A stretch of 64,000 nt of DNA from Amphiscolops sp. MND2022. Its lineage: Eukaryota. Every line of letters begins with the position of its first letter. The first letter of the stretch is position 1. Location: the NCBI GenBank assembly GCA_964187785.1, contig OZ076409.1, forward strand, positions 97,590,001 to 97,654,000, read 5' to 3'. The position numbers and the translations under genes are program-made. Positions 57,701 through 64,000 of this stretch are shown here, piece by piece. The notes beneath the pieces were generated by a model, which saw only the letters and a program-made list of their open reading frames with translations, did not search any database and was not told the origin of the DNA.

Positions 57701-60603
57701 GACAAACAGGACCTAACGTTTCCACAAACTGGATCCATAACCCCAAGGAGCAACAAACAGAATATCACCCAATATTTTGAATTGATTCTATATTTTACTT
57801 GTAACAACAACTAATCGAGTTCTTTTCAATGCACGGGTACTTAACAGGCAGAAGCTCAGTTGGCAGTCGAAAATTTAGTAACCCATCTCGTTTCATGAAG
57901 AGTTTTATTTGAATATTGAAAAAACCAAAACTCTGCTTCGACATCAGTGCTCCGTGGCATTGAAAAACAAAATGGGACAGATTTGGTCGGAAAGCCATTG
58001 TCACCATTGGGGTCACTGGGAGGCTCTGGTCTTCGTCAGTTCCAAGAAGATAAGTATGAGTTTAATCTTGTTACTTTTGTTTACAGAAACCGAACAAAAT
58101 GAAAAGCAATTGCCCTTAAAAATGAATTAGCAGTCAAGAAGGAAGTAACTAAAGTTTGGCCAGATATCATTATCGAAAATATTGAAGCAGCGTTGTCAAG
58201 ACCGTTTGTCTCAAACGCGAACACTCATGCCTCCCAATTGCATGCTGATACAGAAATCGAAATAATACAGTGTGGTGCGCCTAAAAAAAGAAAAAATTTC
58301 CAGATTGTGAATTCAGATGCTGGAAAAAATGGAAAATCTTTAACTGCTTAGGTAACAACAGTGATGTAAAACGTAGTTTCAGTTCGAAGATTGGGACAAC
58401 CAATGCCAGACAAAACAGGTGCACAGTTAAAACTCAGCAATTTTTTCCACCATAACAACCTGAGATCGACACGATTGTGAGAAAATAGCCATTACAGTCC
58501 TCGAACCTGCATTATCGAGACGGATCTAGCTAGCAGTCAATCGCCTTAACCATTAGACTAATTGGTTTATTCAATCTCACCATTTGTTCGACTTATCATC
58601 AATAACGCTGTTGTTACACCACTTTCAGATATCATGGATCTTTGTTCGCACCAATGTCCCTTTGTTGGATGAGAGAATGCCTCGCCCCCGGTTCTAGAAT
58701 GGAGGACCGCCTGACCACTGTCAGGGAAAAAAAATTTCAGCTGAAGAGACTCGAACAAACTCAATGAAAGACTTGAAAGCTTTAATAAACTAAAATGTTA
58801 AAGCTTTTGCATGTTTTGCAGTTCAAGACAGTTCACAGCTCTCATCATGAAGGGTCGGTGAAGTTTTTGACAATGAAGCACAATATTTAGAATTCAAGTA
58901 CCAGTCAATAGATACAACAGACACAGGATAATGTAATTCGGAATTATGCAACTACACGCTTCATGGCTATCAAATATCTTTGTTGGCCCCTGTCATCAGC
59001 AGGCAAAGAAAGTCGATTTGGAACATGATGGTTGAGAAACAAGAACTTAAGCTCTTCGAAGCTCAGATAAAAAATTTGAAGAAAACTCAATCGTCACAAA
59101 TTTTTAAACCTCAAATGGGTTTTCTCGAAGACTGTTTGTCATAGAGCCATGAAACTTGGCACACATATGCAAGTACCTAACACGAACCCAACGGTCAAGT
59201 TTCAAGGTCAATCCTTCATTGTAACATCTTTACACCTCACATGTGTTGTGTTCAAGGTCATTGAACCAAAAACGTTAATATTGTTATTTACCCATATGAG
59301 TAACTTAGAATGTAACTCTGTTGAAATTGATGATATATACATTTTGTAAACATACTTTGGAGCCCACCTAACCAGCATGCCAAAACCACCACATTGTTCG
59401 TTTACTTAGCCAAAAACTTCATAATAATTCACTCAAATGTCATATATTGATACCACATATTTCGACTTATATTTACTGAAGAATTGTAAACCAGATATAT
59501 ACCATTACTAGATAGGGATTCTCGCGACTGAGTTGCTACAGTCAAGTTGGCTCTTCAGACCACGAGAATTATTAACCAACTTCTCAATCTTCAGAACTTT
59601 TTGCTAAGAGTCAGTGCGACTAAGTAGCTAGTCTCATAGTTGGAGAGGCGGAGCGCGTAAAGATACAGTGAGGGAAGTGTGTGACGGATCACATCGGGTC
59701 CAGACAAGTGCAAAGAGGATCACCAGGAGATCCTAGGGGTCACATCAGATCCAGCAGTCACAAGATACAGTCCTTTAAAACAAGAAAACCAGGATTTTTT
59801 AATAACGGTCCACAGTACTGGGCAACGAATCGGGGCGGCGTAAAGCTTGTCAATCCTAAGCGCAGGATAAGGGCAAGCAGCCGTTACAATGTGTATGCAT
59901 TTGCAAAAAAACATTGTTCAATTCGGTGTACACAACACATACACAAAGTAAAACATGTATTGGTGCAGGAGCAATGAGAAAAATCAATAAAACAACAAAA
60001 ATAACATTCAGCGCGTTGTCAGTGTGAACTTTTATGAACTCAAAAAAATGTTTCTAAATTAAATTTTCTGAATCATAAAGTAACCACGAGTATACATAAA
60101 AAAGAGTAAAGTTTTGCTTTTTCAGGGATGAATGAGCTTGCGGCTGCATCAAGCCTGACGATGGAACTGTAGTCGATGAGACTTCCTTTGGCTCATGTGA
60201 GGAATGGGGGCATTGGAGGTTCGCTTTGAAGCACTATGAATATACATAATACAAAAACAAACTCTTCCAAAAGTTTTACGCTTGGTGTTGTTTTAAGTTG
60301 AACAGCTCGTAGGTTGCAAAAAAAATCGATAAACATTTTCCTTTTGTGGGGAATCATTTTGAAATTTATTCAGATTAAAATGTGAGAATCTCGATCATCA
60401 ATCAAATTCCATGTGTGCCATCATGTTTGGGGATAGGACACACATCCGTGTCTGCAACGAAAGTAGGAAACCACATACTAGTCACTATCCCAGTAAACCA
60501 GTAACAACAAAAAACAACCAACCAACCAACTACTCATACCAGCCACTATCCCAGTAGACCAGTAGAAACAAGTTTCCAAAATAGCTGCAGTAGTACGCAG
60601 GTT

Positions 60604-62380
60604 TTAAAAACCTGACAGTATGTAATAATTTCTTTCAAATGCATCTCTGTCGATCATAATTCTTAGAAAACAGGCCGCATTGCCGATCTGAAGAGCAATT
60701 GAGTTCCGTTGCTTCGAAAAGCTGCAAGCTTGTTTATCTCCGTCGGAACGACAGAGCACTTTACAGAGACACTTTACAGAGCACTTTACAGAGAGAGATG
60801 AAATTTTTAATTCTCTCGTCAAAGAACACTGTACTTCCATCGCCACCAGTTGAAAATGTATCCATTGTCTATTAAATAGCAATTCTTTGATTTGGGAGAT
60901 TTGATTGAAGCGATTGGGTGCAAGAGCATCCACAACCGTGACATCCAACACATCCAATCAAGGTACCACCGTCTGAGCGTTAGCCATCAGTTCAGAACAG
61001 TCCAAGAGGTTCGAGCAAGTAGCGAGACCCCAACGTCTGCTTTTTTCTAGAGAATTGAAAGTAGCATGACGTGAGAAACGACCAGCACTCTTGGTGCAAG
61101 AAAGACCGTTTAAACCGCCCCATTCCAACTTTTCCAGGGTGGCACTTTTGCTCAACACAGATGTGGGCTCCGAGAAGTGAACGAATCGAAATCTAGAGCT
61201 GTTGATCACCAAGTTTCATGCCTAGGTTCTTACAAAGAACAACGTTCAGCGACTGAGACCCGAATATACCTTGATGAGCGTTAAGAACTTTCGAGCACCT
61301 GTCATCAATGATACAAAGGAAATCCTGAGCGTTTTGGGCGTGGCGTGTTCATTCGTCAAACTCAGCTATTTCTGAAGCGCTTAAGTGAACAAAACATCTT
61401 AGAAGGCTTCCGAAAAAATGGTCGTGAGAATGTCACTTGCACCAAAAGCTGAGTCCAAAAAGGCAGGAAGTGCTGAAAATGATGCAGAGGAAAGCCCAAG
61501 ACCACCCATTTCAGTAGGCAGAGTCAGCTGAGTACTCAAAAAATTGTCGAAATTTACGTTACACACTTTGGAAAGCCCTTCGCGTAGGGTTTCGTCATAT
61601 GTTTCCAGGAGAGCTGGGTGGTTGAAATGTGTACTGGTTCTCAAGAAGTACAGCAACTTGGGCAGACAAGCAATGTTGCAACATGGAAAAACCATTATGA
61701 GCATCCAGTTTCCAACAGTTCCATTAATTTTTCCTAGCTCTTTTCGTTTTTTTTTCTGAGAAGTCTGCCAGCGACTTTGGGCCGACAGGTTAACCGAGAA
61801 AAATATGTTCATCTTTCGTTGGTGCTTTGATCCCGGGAAGAGTTTTTGGAAAATTACTAGAATTGTCGATTGTTGTTTTTCAAAAATTGCACCCAAGAAC
61901 AAATGTCACAGTTCGTTGGTTTGAAGTTGAATCCCAGCGTTTTTTTACCGCTTCAACAATTTTTTGAGATCTTTAAGAACGGTTCTGAAATCATCACTAA
62001 ATTTTCCATCGTCGAGGTACCATAAGTTTGTTTTCGACTCTAAACTGTTAATCAGATCCTGAATTGAATCAGAAAATAAAGCTGGAGACTCAGGATTTCT
62101 ATGCTGAGTCCCTTCACAAGATTTTATTACTGAATGAATCACCGTAAAGAAAGGAACTTTGTTTACAGTACGCCGAGTGTGAGTACTTATTCGGGTGTAT
62201 TTCAAAAGTTTTCTCGAGCACAAAAGTCAGTTTATTGAAAACTCAGGAATTATATGAAACACAGAGTTATGGGGCTAGAAACATATGCACTCTTCTTGGT
62301 ACTTGTTAAAAGGTTCGGTCGCAAAACGCTACAAACTGAAAGTTTTCAAAATAATGTGTGTCTCAAGGCATATTCCTCCG
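60604..62380 (-). mobile_element. Second, diverged decayed CRE-clade element
   Basis: ESPALFSDSIQDL, WYLDDG, LPKLLYFLRT, LP..MGGLG, GLSCTKSAGRFSRH, DVTVVD, SIALQIGNAA. Confidence 0.85.
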
Positions 62381-62599
62381 AACTGGACCGTGTAACATTT
62401 GAAAAAAAAATACCTACAGTATCGTTACTACAATTGTATGTCTCATGAATATCACCTTGTAGTATCACGTATCGTGTGCTTCACGTGTATTCTTTGTATC
62501 TGTCCGTTAAGTATCACATATCGTGTACTTCAAACCCGTTCCTAGATCTACCTTGGTAGCATCACGTATCATGTGCTCCAAGCATAAAATCATATTGTG

Positions 62600-64000
62600 A
62601 ACGTGTCCGCCAACCTCAACTACCCCATTGAAGGATGAACATAAGACACGGGGATATCAATGCGACTCATGCCACCGCACTTTTCACGATGCACATGTAC
62701 TCACATGCCCCCAACGTTTGTCAACAGGCTAAAATTGACAAAGTGTCTCGCCCAAAAGTGCCTAAAGAGAGCACGAGTGAAGACTTCATCGCCAGATGAG
62801 ACGCCTGTAAGGCAGCCACACGCATAGCCGATGATGACGCCTCTTTACAGTTCCTCGAAATTTGTGAAGACAGTCAACACAGACAACCTCCATCGCTCCC
62901 ACTCAAACATCGCCACTGCAAACGAGGTAGATGCTCCGGCAGCGTTAAAGATTCTAGCTGTGAGGGCTGAAAACGCTATGGTGAGCAGGATGACTCTCAT
63001 GACAATGACACAGGACAGAGAAGAAGGGTGTAAGGAAGTTTGCTGCTTGCTTACGAGGTCAAGCTAAGTTCTGCAAATTTACGAAAAACTGCTATCAGAA
63101 CCCATTTGAAGCAATCTTTCAATACACCGACAACATGATCCGTGACGCCCTCATTAGAGGACAGCGACATTCAGCAAGACGTACTGGGACGCAACGACCA
63201 AGACATGACTCTGGCGGCCACAATCAAGTTTATAGCGGCCAAAGAGGCTGGTGAACGATCACAAGAAACTCTCCAGATCCCTAATGCTGCGACAGTATCA
63301 TCGTATAAACAGCAGACAAAAACCAACGTGTAATCAAGTGCCGAAATTTCGAAACACCAAACCTGGTGCTGGCCTCGATACAGAGGGTAGGAAGGAGAAG
63401 TGCAAGGCCTGGAACAAAATTTGTTCAAAGTGTGACACAAAGAACTTCGACAACGTCCGCGGGTCTAAACATAAAAGTATCGGTGAAAACACAACGAAGG
63501 ATGTGGATGAATCCAACACTGTCTTCTTTCACAAATTGTGCAAAGGTCAACTCTCATAGCCTGCACGGTCATCTCTCATAAAACCGATCATCGGGTGGTC
63601 GTCCTTGACCACCACACTTTTCGACGACAGAAATTGATCACAAGACGGTCGCCGCAACAACCGACAGTTTATCTCAAAGCTCGTTCTCACACAAAAGACT
63701 ACGAGGAGCTGGGGTACCGCCTTCAGACACGGACACGCCAGATTACGATAGCCATGACGGCTGATACTGGTAGTCATTATGTCCCTGTTAGAATAAAAAT
63801 CCACAGACTGGATTTCAAAAATTCCGATCTCTCACCCGTGAAAATAAAAATGTCGGCGCTGAATCGTGACGTCACCTTCTTTCTCGGGGCGTTTATCCTA
63901 CGACTATCTGGAAATTCGAGGTCTGGCAAACATACAGCACACATATGCTGTCCCCGACGTGATAGAAGGTGCATACTTGATTTGGGAAGCTTGTACAACA
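62600..64000 (+). mobile_element. Decayed Gypsy-type LTR retrotransposon gag-protease region (runs off the window end)
   Basis: gag-like LAVRAEN..MTQDREE..LRGQA, IRDALIRG, DIQQDVLG..MTLA.TIKFIAAKEAG, degenerate knuckle CKAWNKICSKC, aspartic protease ADTG. Confidence 0.75.

Noticed and set aside
58581..58717. Minus-strand exon-like segment (cag|...|GTGAGA) as part of AMPK beta
   Set aside because: No recognisable homology, and the AMPK model is complete without it

Overview
AT-rich, repeat-dense eukaryotic (metazoan, probably invertebrate) DNA; no bacterial features or CRISPR. Two intact spliced host genes lie in tandem on the minus strand. The first is a 5-exon AMPK beta subunit (PRKAB1/2 orthologue, 252 aa, 37470->29751). 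The second is a 6-exon kelch-only protein of the KLHDC8 family (417 aa, 24018->9191). I assembled both by hand from GT-AG junctions with matching phases. Most of the rest is mobile DNA: an apparently intact hAT transposon (39160-40997) inside a multi-layer nested insertion stack in a 38-bp satellite; an internally deleted hAT with a 6-bp TSD; many hAT, MULE-like and pogo-like MITEs; two families of Helentron/DINE-1-like elements, some carrying tRNA-derived Pol III boxes; a probable solo LTR; decayed L2, I/Jockey, CRE and Gypsy elements; a Penelope-like remnant with a hammerhead-like motif; a 1.1-kb duplication and a 1.75-kb triplication. A small orphan two-exon gene with a paralogous dead copy lies at 4.6-5.5 kb. 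I found no clearly new biological system. The best leads are the compact hAT, TEs touching host splice sites and 3' UTRs, the KLHDC8 insertion, the orphan gene family and the acceptor-before-ATG pattern. Family assignments rest on recalled motifs, not database searches.
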